Part shown: one piece after another, positions 1 to 12,689 of the stretch
Position numbering within the stretch: position 1 is the first letter of the stretch
Layout of the letters: every line of letters starts with the position of its first letter
NCBI GenBank assembly: GCA_050084985.1
Contig: JBITNC010000001.1
Location: 147,126,001 to 147,190,000, forward strand
Source of the DNA: Nageia nagi
Taxonomy: Eukaryota > Plantae > Pinophyta
Reading direction: 5' to 3'
Length of the DNA: 64,000 nt
Made by a program: the position numbers and the translations under genes
Notes under the pieces: model-generated
What the model saw: only the letters and a program-made list of their open reading frames with translations
Told to the model about the DNA's origin: nothing
Database searches by the model: none

Positions 1-1604
1 ACCTTTTTCCTCATTAGACATACTCATGATCACCAAATCAAAACTCTTAGCTACATCCATATGCTTCTCTTCAACTACATGATTGTAAGGGTTTTCAAAA
101 CCCTTTTCTTTACAAACCAAGATTTCCTTTATTAATTCCATAGTCCTCTCTCTCCATGGGACTTTTATATTTTTCATACTTATAATACAAGATATCAACC
201 AAGCTCTCCTTTGACTCTTCTTAGCCTCAAGGTACTCAACCTTGAAGCACAAAAGTTTTGCCTCCTCTATGAGACTTTTATATTCAAACTTTATACTCCT
301 TAAAGTATCTTTTTACTGCAATTGTTCATGTTGGTTCTTTATTTGCTTCCCTTCTATGGTGATCCAAATCCAATCTTCTATCCAACAAGATCAATTGGCT
401 TTAGTACCAAATGATGTAGATTCTTGTAAGAGACCAAAATAGATATCTAAAATTGATTCACAACACAAGTAAATGAATGGAAGAATAAAATTCACAACAA
501 GAATTCTTTATTCTTTTGAATCTACACTAATTCCTGAAAAGGATTTCAATAAGATTTTATAAAGCATCTTTTTCTCTCTTTCTTATTTTTTGAAAAAGCC
601 TAAAATTTAGCTTAGGTTAGGCCCAAAATGGATCTATGCATCCATTACTCAATAAATGCAATTATTCTAAAAATAAAACCAAAATTAAAATTGAATTTTG
701 GGATTTATGATAAGCATTTCAAGCCTCAAAAGTTTCTCCTACAGGAAACATTACAATATTGTATATTTTTTGATTCTATGTGATTTTTTTTAAAAAAGGA
801 CTCCAAATGATATCGAGTTCAAAAGTTACACCCTTTAGAAGTTGGGGTATTATTCTACTACATAAAGAAAGTGTAATTGGATATTGCAAGTTCATCACTT
901 TGTGTCAACCAATAGATATCATTTTATTCTATTGGAATGTGTCAATTCATGTTAATAAATATCAATCTTTCCAAATGCAAATTTAACATTCTTAATAATT
1001 TCAAATGAAATGAGAAAAATAAAATATCTGTACCTTGCGATGGAAGCTTAATTTTAGTATCGATCCTCATACCAAAAAGGTATAATTAAGGATAAGTATA
1101 GGAGAGTTTTTAATCATTTGAGTAACTCAAAAATTGATATATCACCAACACTTTGATGTTAGTACACCATCAACATCATAAAATAAGTGGATAAAGTCAT
1201 CCAATTAAGTAGTGCTTTCATATGTCATGAAATCTTACAAATATCATGGGCCTAAAACTGCCTAGGAATAACCTTCTTGAAGATGTAATTTTACCCTGAC
1301 AAATGACTAAAATCAAGTATACATAATCTACTTTTTTTTAATTGTATATCATAAACAACTATCCATTATCATATGAAAACTAGCAATTGATGAAAATGAA
1401 GTAGGCACATTGGAAACTCATCCAAACAATAAATTAGCATACCATTGGTGCCCTAAACCCAATATAAATTTTAATAAAAAATACAAATGAAGTGATATTT
1501 ACCTGAGACATGTGGGCATCATTTGAATAAATTTTAAGCATAAATTAGATCCAAATTCTATCAATAGCACATACAACTCAAAGAAATGGACACCGTCAAC
1601 ATCA
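1..1604 (-). mobile_element. Partial LTR retrotransposon: probable 5' LTR (about 412-1604), decayed tRNA-Met PBS and start of internal region running off the window
   Basis: 398-409 reads TGGTACTAAAGC on the minus strand (cf. tRNA-iMet PBS TGGTATCAGAGC), 2 nt from a TGATGT terminus at 412. A matching ACATCA occurs at 1599-1604, with an alternative near 1173-1178, so the outer LTR boundary is uncertain. Confidence 0.45.
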
Positions 1605-1869
1605 TGTATATGGTAATTTTAGTATTTGAAAAAGGATGAGAGGGATTTGAAATTTTTACAAGGCCAATAAGCCCTATACATAAGGATTCAAGAACTATAT
1701 GTCAAAAAAGAAGTGATGCCCTAATTTAAAGCCCCAAAGTCAACTAATAAAATTAAATTTTTTTGTAAAAATTGGTCATTTTGACCTTAATGCCCTTACC
1801 ATTTGTAGTTCTAACAAGTAGGTGTTGACTTCCTCACTAAACTAGCTGAGTTTACCACCTTGCCAATAA

Positions 1870-3850
1870 TGTTGCATTATTGTAGCATCTATTCGATCCA
1901 TAATTTTAGCACATCAAGAGGGAGGACATCCATAGAGGATCTGAGACTATATAGTGATGGCTGTCATCAATTGAAGGAGTATCCAACAATTGATTATGGG
2001 GAGGATAGGTCATCTAATGCAGTATCTTTGTAGTATACCAGTCAAGCATGTGGTAAGTATATTCAAATTGAAATATTATATTTTTAGTATCCATGAGTGG
2101 GGAGGATAGAATAACAAACCTAGGCATTAACTTGCAAGATTGTAAGCGGTTGATTCAGGGTGGGCCTATGAGGATTACATATTTAGATTTGGCTTAAACC
2201 TTTCTACAAACTCAATAATTAGATGATATTTAAGATTGATGCAAGTTAGGTGAGCACATATACATGAAGATAGTACATGTGAATACTTCTCTTCTCATTG
2301 CATTGGCTGAGAGATGGGATCATGATTTCTCCTCATTTCACCTTCCCATCAGTGAAATGATAGTAACTTTAAAGGATGTGTACCAGATCTAGGGTATACC
2401 CATCAAGGGTGGCTTTGTATATTAGCATAAGAGGGGGGATGATAACACTCATGGGGATGAGCATTTATGGTTGAATAGATTGGATGACCATGATTGGGAT
2501 CATTGGTCGATGAGACTCGTAGAGGGATGTAGGTATGCTAGAGTAGGGAGACACCTAAGCTTGCATGTGGTGGCTATTATTACCACCTATCTATGTCTTG
2601 ATAAAATCCATTTAGCTTTTTCTATTGGGATGACATGGATAGTATGAGAGATATGCACTTAAGGGTGATAGTTTGTGTGGGGGCCAGTAGTACTAGCATA
2701 ACTTTAGAGGGATTTGTATTCATTTGTCACATTGATAAGGTCAACATGAAGATTACTAATGTTAGTCTCCTACAGGTTTGGGCCTATAAGCATATCTCAT
2801 TTATCAGGCCAGTGGGATTGTAGAGGGTGAGAGATGACCCAACAAATGTGGCCCTAGTGTGATGGACTAGCCCATTAGGTGGATATAGGCCTACTTGATC
2901 TATGGAGGCAAGGAGGAGGGATATGAATGGTCTCAAGGAGGCAAACATCATATAGGTGTACTATGTTGATTATGTGTGGCACAAGAATGCTCATCATTGG
3001 GCATGGATGAGGTAAACCTACTTCTTTTAGACCAAGTGGAAGATAGTGGAGCCATAAGGTGTTGAGATAGTTTGGTATACAATAACTGATCCCACTAGTG
3101 CCCCTAGTGTACCAATAATACACAATGGAGAGAGACATCCCTAATGATGCTCAAGATATGCTAGTGTGGATGGTAGGGTGGCTAAAGCCATTGATAGAAG
3201 ATGTTGCTATAGAAGTAGCCATGGCTCCCAAGGTTGCCCTTAGTTATGCATCATGGTGGATAGCTATGCGTTTAGGCTCTTTGGGCCTATATGAGTTAGA
3301 TAATGGGAGTGATGATGTGGCAAGCCCACCATCAAAGGAGTAGGATTAGGTGAATATAGATAATCCTATCCATGATGGGCCTCCATTAGTAGGGGGATTA
3401 AAGGTTCTAGCAGTAGTTACCCCTCCTCTAGGTAAGAAAGATTCTACTCATAGTGCTTCATGATTTTCAAATTTTAAATGTAGATAATGAGAGATTAACT
3501 AGCATTATTTATGATATGATAGGGATGTAAGATGCATAGGTAGCAGCCATGGAGGATGAGCTAGCTAGAATCAGATTGATGGAGGTTGAGTTGACATGTC
3601 TTCAATCATTAGAGGTAAAGTTGGCTATGGTGAGGGCTACACTTGTGATGTAGGATGTAGAGGTGGCTTTACTATCTTAAGTAGTTAAGCATCTCTAGGA
3701 TAGGCTCACCATGCCCCCACTAGATCAGTAGTGGGCATTCATGCAAATTCAGCATGATTAGAATACATCTTAGGCTCTAGAGATATCCAAACTATAGGCC
3801 AAGTATACAAGGGCTAAGACACTTTTGGAGACTCATGGACTCACAACGCA
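1870..3850 (+). pseudogene. Degenerate Plant Mobile Domain (aminotransferase-like, PF10536-type) ORF, retroelement-borne
   Basis: From 2291 the + strand reads LLIALAERWDHDFSSFHLPISEMIVTLKDVYQI*GIPIKG (PMD consensus ALVERWxxETHTFHLPxGExTITLxDVxxLLGLPIxG). Also a frameshifted WGxVVLAxLxRDL near 2675-2717, LLQVWAYKHI near 2767-2796, and a coiled-coil-like tail MEDELARIRLMEVEL at 3549. Many stops and frameshifts. Confidence 0.85.
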
Positions 3851-4679
3851 TGATATCTCAAGTGGAGTCTCCATATTTTGTACCACATTTTGAATTTGAT
3901 ATATATATATATATTAATATATAATATATATATATATATGACCCATTTTATAGACTTAAAACTAACTTATTAATAGTAAAATATGCTAAACATGCACACA
4001 TTATGTTATGTACAATTGATAAGGACCGTAAGACATACACACAAACTGAAATGACATAGAACCTGAAGGAACCAAGATACCTTAAAGAAACCACTAAAGG
4101 TTAGGATGGTGTATGTGAGTATAGATATCATGAAACAACACCCAAGATTAGCCTAGAGGGTAAGGTACATTATTTAGAATGATAAAAAATGGATTTTAAA
4201 CATTCTATCTTGGGAAAACCATAGTACTAGCACCCTAAAATAGAGATAGTAGGGCATTAGATCATGCATATAGAGGAGTCAGATCCCTAGATTATGGACA
4301 TAGGAAGAAAAGATGGATACAAAGAAGAAAAATCACTAGACTGGTGAACATATAAAACATTAAAGAAAAAAGATACAAAAACATCCCAGCTGTTAATATA
4401 CACTAATTGTGATGTTAAAAAGAGCTCAAGGAATAACATTATGTACCTAGAAAGTTTTCATCACCCAAATACACTTTACAGAAGTAGGGATAAAAAGATG
4501 CACTTTTGTACTAGTCATCCCCACATCATTGGTGCTCTAAAAGAAAGAATGCACACAGTTGGCATCATGCCTTTTGATTTCATTCCTATTTCTATTTAGG
4601 GGAGGATGCCTATATGCATGAGTATTAGCCTAAAAAGAATGTAAATTATGGGAAATACTTACTATATCAATGTATCCTC

Positions 4680-6730
4680 AAGATTGTGAAGATGGTAGGG
4701 GATTATTAAATACCCCTAGCTGTGCATTATCTGAATGTATAGGTCATGTCTATGCAACTAGTTTTTTATCCATCCTGATTGCTCTATTATCAATGAAATC
4801 TTGTATAAGGCTATGAAGTATCCTATAATCATAGGTTAGATGACTAGATAACCTATGATAATTGCAAAATTTCTCATAGTAAAAATGTTTAGGCACACCA
4901 TTAGTAAACTTAGGTTCAACAATAGGAGGCAATTCAATTAGTTCCTCATCTAATAATAAATTTAAAATATTATCAACAATACCAATAAAAGGAGTATATT
5001 AGTGAGTATGTTTGGGTGGAGAACTACCTCATTTTTTGTGAGCAACATGATTTGATTCAACCTTGATTTGATTTTTAGTAATAGGTTTTCCAAGTGAAGT
5101 ATGCTCAACATGTTTCATAGCACTCAACTTTTTAATGCATGGTTGCTTTTTAGTAATAGTGTTAATCATATATCCTAAAGATATATCATGATTAGAGATG
5201 AAAAATAGCTTATATATAGGTAAGAGACCATCCACAAAAATATGCTTTAGTTCATGTTCATCCATGGTGAGTTTATTAGCAAATTTTTTCTATATCTTTA
5301 CAAATTCCTTCACTAATTGGTTAGGGAGTTGTTTAATTTTACAGAAGTCCTTAAAATAAACCTTCTCAATAATGTTATAACCATAATCATGCAAAAATAT
5401 GCAAATAAAATCATCATACCTATCAATGCTACTTTAAGGAAGCTAAAAGTACCATTTTAGAGCCTCATCCTTCAAACTGTAAGAAAACAACTTAGCCAAC
5501 AAATCTTGATCATTCCTAGGATCCTACATACCATCAAACTTAATAAATTTGATACTCTTTTTCCTAAGGATTATTTTGTCAAGAATTCTAGCAGTGAGGG
5601 GTCTTTTTAAACATGAAAGAAAATCATCCTCATTACTTACCATATTGTTAAATTGTACATTGGTCTTTGGGGATGATGGTGGGGAAGGAGGAGGTTCTTA
5701 TACATTGTTTGATGTTTGAAGTGGAATATTTTTCAAAATAGCAAAATCATTAGTATGATTAACCCTATCCTACTCAAGTTCATGCAATACCCCTACCAAG
5801 ATTTACGATTATTCATATGAAAGTTGTTTATACCATTTAGTATTTTCTTGGATAACCATAATGATAACTACCTTAATCTCATGCTTCTCAAGAGTCCAAT
5901 TTGGGTGTAGCTTAAAGGCTTATCTAATAACTTTAGTAAGTTACTACTTAATGAGAGTTTTAATTTCATCATTAGGTAAAAGAACTTGATCCTTACCTTT
6001 CTTCTCTCAATCAAAGTAATCTGGATTAAGGATCAAATTGGTGTAAGATTCTTCATCCTCATCCTTAGGTTTTGATTGATCATCACTTTTAGAATTATCA
6101 TCCTCATGTAGTGGCTATTCCAACTTAGCATCAATTTCTAGTTCAAACTCTACTCTATTAGGATCTACATCACTTGCATCATGGTGATAGTCGATCATGT
6201 CACCTGCACCATGCATTTCATGCATAAGCTAGAGATGTTTCAATGATTGCTCATAAGCAATTTCCAATCGATTATCAAGCAAATTTGAATCTGTAAGAAG
6301 TTCCACCACAACAAAATCATTATTAAAAATAAAAATATAACTTTTCTTTATTAGATAACACCTATTGAATGGACCTAGCATTAAAAGGAGTCCTATCAAG
6401 ATTAGGGAGTTCATCATCATCAAAAGATTTTGAATGAGGAGCCAAATTATCTAAGTTACTTGGATCAAGAATAGCATAGCGATTAGAAGTATATCCAATA
6501 ATGAATATTAGTTTACCAAAATCTAAAGATTTAGAATCCCATATGGTCCTAGGAGGAGGGATTTGAGTAAACAATTCAAGATTAATTCAAAGATTTCTCC
6601 TAACCTCTAAAAATTATACTTTGAATTTAGATACCGTAGGGTTATTTGGGTTAAGATCCATCTTTGAGATATAAGCAAAATAAACCTTAGTTTTATCTTA
6701 CTATTTGGCTACTATTTGGAGCACTACCTA
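4680..6730 (-). mobile_element. Degenerate Ty3/gypsy (Tat/Ogre-like) gag region
   Basis: The minus strand gives LLAKLFSYSLKDEALKWY (retrotrans_gag core, about 5450-5505), ELKHIFVDGL (ORF 5029-5265), FCNYHRLSSHLTYDYRILHSLIQDFID (Tat/Ogre-type gag C-terminal motif, ORF 4750-4932) and a terminal NNPLP near 4700. No protease or RT motifs follow. Confidence 0.75.
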
Positions 6731-6828
6731 TATGGAGAGAAAATGTAGCAAAAATGGATACATGACTTTACAAAAGGAATTTTCCCTAGAGGAAGGCCTA
6801 GGTGTGTAAGAATATTGGGATCACCAAA

Positions 6829-7510
6829 TGTAGACCCTAAATAATATGATGGTGTAATTAATTAGGAAAATTAACACATGCACTATTTGTTCTATTAGTT
6901 AGTTGATATAAAGTAGTAATATGATAACAAATGATTAAGCATACATGTTTGTTTCATTAACATGCATATTCAATTGATCAAGGAAAGGCATACATCAAGA
7001 ATGAGCAATATCATATACACTACTATGGTGTTGATGCCCTATTAATAGTATGCCACTAGCGTTGTGTTAATGATCAAATTAAAGATGCAATGAAAGATGG
7101 AATAATAAGCGAATGAATGATTTATCAATATAATGAAAGTATGACAATTATTGAGATAAGAGATTTGCTTATTATAGATAAGAATATCTTGTAAACTTTT
7201 TCTTTACAAATGATACTCGAATCCTTGATTCTCTATTTGATCTTTAGTTGATAGAAGCCTTGGGTCTTCTGTAATCCGCCCCTTGTCTAGTCTCTTCCTA
7301 ACGATAATTCCATCCTCTATCTTTGTATGTATTTAATGCCTTTATATAGGGATGCTTCTCTTATAGGATTTAACCCCTTATATAATCCATAAGGGTCAAA
7401 TATATGGCCTACACCTCTTTTATACATTTTAAATCCCTTTTAAATAATACATTATTAAGAGATTAAAATGAGTTATTAAATACATAAAGGTTAATTTTGA
7501 GGAGTCTACA
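6829..7510 (-). mobile_element. 5' LTR (682 bp) of the gag/PMD element, with adjacent PBS
   Basis: Inverted termini TGTAGAC (6829) ... GTCTACA (7510); minus-strand TATATAAA at 7341-7348; TGGTGATCCC PBS-like sequence 2 nt past the LTR end (6817-6826). The outer end abuts a copia RT fragment. Confidence 0.75.
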
Positions 7511-8195
7511 ATTTCTAATAAATTATTACTCTCATTTCTCATAGGAATTTGTTGTTTAAGGATGATGGGGCTGAGAAGGTGAATGTAATCAAGTATAGAA
7601 GCATTTTTGAGAGTCTAATATTTCTCGTAAATACTAGAGCTGTTATTTCTTATTCTATCCCTTTGTTTCAAAGCATGTGAGTGAGCCTCCTATATTGTAT
7701 TGAAAGTTGCAAAAGAAAAATGAGTTGTGCTTATAGAAATATTAATTTTAGAATTTATTATCCTTCTAATGAAAAAATAAATTTTATTGGTTTTAATGAA
7801 TTAGATTAGGGTAACAACTTGGATGATCAAAAATTTACTTTTAGTAATTATTTTTCAATTGGATTAGGGATGATCACCTAGATCTTAAGGAATAAAAGAT
7901 CAGTAGCATACTCTTTTTTACTAAGATTGAGTATATTGTAGTCACTTCATTAGGTTCATATACTTTATAGCTTTGAAAAGTTTTGAAATAGATTGGTGAG
8001 AAGAAAAATGGACCTAAAAATCTAGTCCATCATAATTTATCTAAATATTTTGATTTGAAGTATCATTTTACTCTTAACATTATGGAGAACAAATAAATTG
8101 AGCTAAAGGTATTGTAATACTCATGATCAATTATTAAATGTATTCACAAAAGAAGTAGCTAAAGATTGGATTTTGAAGATGAAAACCTCAATTAT
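7511..8195 (+). mobile_element. Ty1/copia RT C-terminus/RNase H relic
   Basis: DDGAEKVNVIKYRSIFESLIFLVNTR at 7561 (cf. copia YRSLVGSLxYLTxTRPD), a GF..D(W)G.LDD.K motif near 7789-7835, then KYHF and CNTHDQLLNVFTK at about 8058-8152. Confidence 0.75.
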
Positions 8196-11100
8196 TTACT
8201 CATAATAGAAAAGTTAGATGGACAAGATAAAAATATGAAAAAATATTTAACCATAATCTTTAGAAGTTTACTCCTCATAACAATATTAAATTTTCTTTTC
8301 TATCTTTTAGTCTATAAAATAAGTGAATAAATCTTCTTAAATATTTTAATAATTTTTAACAAAAAATTCAAAAGTTAAAATATCATCAATTATTGAATGT
8401 TTTCTTGTAAAAGCATATTTTCCCTTTAACTCTTGATTTATTTTCATTAATATAGTTAAGCCGTAGGCATCCTCATTTGATATTTGGAAGCTCATTTTCA
8501 AATGACAACTTAGAATTTACTAGAGAGAAGGCTTACCATGAAATAGGTTTTAGCTTTTGGATTTAAGTTTTTAGTTTTTTTTTTGCATGCCCATGTTTGT
8601 TGTCATTATACTAATGTTGCATATTATCATACTATATCTTTTAACTAATCATTTAATTGATAAATAAGATATTTAATATATATAATAAATTAAATAATAT
8701 TAAAAATAAATTTACCATAATAACATGTGTTATTAATTATAATAATGATCTTTAAGAAAATGATAGTTCAATATCATACTTTGAAATAGATATGAACTTA
8801 TTTTTATTGAATACTTTCAGATAGTACATTATTATTTAATTTCATTTGTAATTATTATATATAATAGTTTTTATTTGATTGAATATAACATTTTCCATTT
8901 GAATTTTAATATTTCTTATGTGGATGTTATTTTGTTTTTTAATGATATATCTAAAAAAAATGTAGTTCAACATAATTTATCTTATTATTTACTTTAACTT
9001 TTATTTGATTGAATGCAATATTATTTCTTGTGAAGAATATAAAAAATATTTTATTAGATTACAATTCTTATAGATGCAAACACATAATTAATGTCTTATG
9101 ATTACAAGAAGATTACATTTACAATAAATATTTATTTTCACAATCATTTCCATAATTATTTTTTTACTAATACTACATACTTATATTTTTCTATTATAAA
9201 TATTAGCTTATAACTTAATAACAATTGTTATCCTTTAATACTTTTGAAAGTAAAAACATATTGATATGTGCATAATGATATACTTTTTTATTTTCTTTTC
9301 AAAATGTCTCTACAAATCAAGATAATTTTTCATAATTAATTTTGGATTATTATGCTTGCATTATTATTATTATTATTACTTTAGTTTTTTAAAATTATTA
9401 TTATTTATTTTATTATCATGTAAATTGTTAAGATTATACATAAAAATAATTTATAGGATCTTGAATAATTGATAAATAATTTATATTCATTAGTTTTTAG
9501 AGATTAGAGATAAGTATTTATGTTTTAAATCATACATAAAATTTATACTAAACAAATGCATAGTTAAATATTTATGAAATGAAAGTTTATTATAATATTA
9601 TGAATTTCAACTATTACATTAGAATATGAAATTTTCATGTATTCACTTTGATAATATGATATTTGCATGTTATTTTACTCTCGTAATTTGTAATCATATT
9701 AGTAAAAAATATAATAATAAAATAAAGTATCCACATAAGATATATTCTCTTAATAATGCATAAGGACAATCCACATAATATCATAGTAGATAGAAATTAT
9801 ATTATAACTATTGAAATGTATTAAAAACCATAAATATGTTGCATAATATTTGTATACCAGTAAAATATGATGGATTGCTCTCTCAATCATTATGAGTTGT
9901 AAAATTTAGAGGATTGTGCAAGAATATAACATCACATTTCTTCAAGTATAATTGATATAGAAAAGAAAAATATATAAAATTCATACTAACTTTATCAAAC
10001 TAATAATAAAACTAAAATATGCATTACAATATAATCGTAAATTACTATGTTAAGTTATTATAATTATCTAGTTAATTAAAATTTCTAATTGATATTTTTC
10101 ATTATAAAAGATTTGATTTTTTTAGTCTATATAATTATTAATACTTTTTAAAAAGCTTTGATGATTATTTTGTAATTGAAATAAAATAACCTACAAAAAT
10201 ATGTATAATAAGATTGAAATATAAACTAATGAGTTTTAGAATTTATATAATCAATAAATACAATTCTTAATAAAGAAAAGTTTTCAATGAAGACATTCAA
10301 ATATTTTAGTTTTACTTATCCATGAAATTCATAACACTTAATTTAACTTCTATTGATAGAAAAAGATGAAGTTCTCAAAAGATATTTATTTTCATATTGT
10401 ATGCACAAAGTGAAAAACTTGCATTTGATAAATTACTTCTTTTGATAATAAGTTTTTTTATTCAATAAGTTTAAACTCCATATCTATATTTATTAATATG
10501 GTTTGTAATATATTTTGAATTATAATTAAGATATAAAAATATAATGTATGACAATAATGTTACTTATCTAGTATAAAAGATAGATTATTCTTAAAAATAA
10601 ATATTACAATATAATATTATAATAAACAAGATGACTAATATGACCATATAAAATAGGATGACTATAATTAATTTATTAAAATATTTTGATATTATAATAG
10701 TTCATCTATTATTCATTTACACCCTTGAATAGCATTGTATAGAGGGATATTAGCAATTAAAGAATGACAACCTTTTTATTATGTGAGATATATGAAATAA
10801 ATATCATTTATTTGATATTTGAGGAGGTAGTAACTATATTAATTATATGATATTTCTTAGTTTCAATCATTTTCCCATGATATGAGTAGTGAGATAGGCA
10901 TAAAGAAAAATAAAAATAGTACTTGTAATCAACTATCAAATGTTATAATATAGAAATACTATATTATTAATGTCATAACATATCATTTGATTTCTATTAA
11001 AGAAATATTGATATAATTAGTTAACTATAATTTTCATATTAACTATATAAAGCTAAATATAGATATTTTTAAATATACATATTACAATATGATTGCACAT

Positions 11101-11346
11101 AAATACTAAACATACAATAGATTTTAGATCTTTTTGAAATCTATATTACCATATGTGATAAAAATAGCATGTATGTAGATGATTAATTATTCTCTAAGGA
11201 AAAACTCAATAGAGGATTAAAATATAATTCATTTCCTACACATGTTCCCTATTTAGTTGAGGTGGTATATTATACCTTTGAATCTAGCCTACAATACCTT
11301 GAATTAATGAAAAAAAACTTAGTTATATGTTAAAAATACTCTCTAT

Positions 11347-11471
11347 CCTCAAAACAACATGAATGATTCTAAGTTACCATTTATAATGAATCATTGATGC
11401 TTGAGGCTTATCCTCCTCAAAAAACATGTTTGATTCTAAGTTACCATTTATAATGAATCATTGATGCTTGA

Positions 11472-11513
<42 letters not shown>

Positions 11514-11536
11514 TCAAGCATCAATGATTCATTATA
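11347..11536. repeat. Two ~60-bp direct copies followed by a perfect 88-bp palindrome centred on (TA)n
   Basis: TGATTCTAAGTTACCATTTATAATGAATCATTGATGCTTGAGG occurs twice. 11449-11536 reads TATAATGAATCATTGATGCTTGAGGTT-(TA)n-AACCTCAAGCATCAATGATTCATTATA. Confidence 0.95.
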
Positions 11537-12002
11537 TATATATATATTCTTCACAATTTTGTTCACATCTAAATCATATATAAAATTTTGTAAACGCAAT
11601 TAAAAAGATGTATTATATTTTATATTTTATTATTTATTTAAATTATTAGAAAAAAAAATATATATTATAATACAATGAAAGTTCACTTTCTATATTATAA
11701 AAGGATGTATGGTATTTACTATTTAAATTGATTAATAAATGAAATCAAGCTAATTAACATAATACACTGAAAAATAAGATATAAAAATGATTTTTGTATT
11801 TAATCCATCTACAAAGTTTCATAGTTTGGGTAAGATTATTTGGGGCAACTTATAGTATAAGATGCAATGTGGTACAAATTTTGTTAAAGATATTATATCA
11901 TAAACTCAATATGAGCTTAAATGGGGTGGTACCATTGAAGAATTCACTAGAAAACTATGAATTATTTATGCATGCTTACATTAAATAGAAGGTTTCATGA
12001 TG

Positions 12003-12051
12003 ATCCCACATGTAAGAGTTCCAAGGGAGAGGGAATGAAGAGAGGATAAAT
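12003..12051 (+). promoter_or_regulatory. Decayed plant snRNA Pol II promoter (USE plus TATA-like element)
   Basis: ATCCCACATG at 12003-12012 (USE consensus RTCCCACATCG) lies about -74 from the U1 5' end, and ATAAAT lies about -31, the Pol II snRNA-type spacing. Confidence 0.7.
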
Positions 12052-12076
12052 GGGAGGGGAGGAGAAGCATGAAAGT

Positions 12077-12172
12077 ATACTTACCTGGGTGGGGTCAATG
12101 GGTGATCACCAAGGTTGATGGCCTAGGGAGGGCACTTTTGTTGCATTTGGGAGGGGGGTATTCATAATATTT
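12077..12172 (+). pseudogene. U1: U1 snRNA pseudogene, 3'-truncated
   Basis: ATACTTACCTGG 5' end, then GGGGTCAATGGGTGATCACCAAGGTTGATGGCCTAGG (stem-loop I with U1-70K loop GATCACCAAG) and a decayed U1A loop GTTGCAT. Stem-loops III/IV and a canonical Sm site are not recognisable. Confidence 0.9.
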
Positions 12173-12689
12173 GCTCTTCTTTCCATGATGTATTCATATT
12201 TTCCTAAAATATAGTGACTTTTGTTGCATTTGCTCTTCTTTCCATGATGTATTCATATTTTCCTTTAGCTCATTGCTAGTTACTTGCCCACAAGTTTCTT
12301 ACAAGTTGTAAACATAGTAATTTTATGCTAAAAAGAAATGGTTGTTCTTTTATCACATAAAACCAAAGTATATAGGTGTTTACTTCAAAAGCACTTGCAT
12401 GCATTGGATTATATTTTTCATATTTTGTATTCAATAAAATATTTACATAGGATTTCTTCAATATAATTATGTATTACTATCTCTTACTTTTTTTTTTTTA
12501 ACTTGTTCATATTTTTTGTATGTGCATAAGTTGTTTAAATTAATTTTAGTATACTAATATTTGACTTTGTATACACAAGGTATATGTTTAGTCTTCCTTT
12601 GTACATGTGTAAGCATTCTTTTGAAATACAAATAAGTTATATTTGATAATGATAGTTGGTTACTCACTTGGGAGAGTTATGTTTACCAT

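Noticed and set aside
8300-11200. Possible Helitron Rep fossil on the minus strand (ANIPLYNAI near 10729-10755, cf. NIRxYN)
   Set aside because: A single short motif in extremely AT-rich sequence with no supporting domains or termini.
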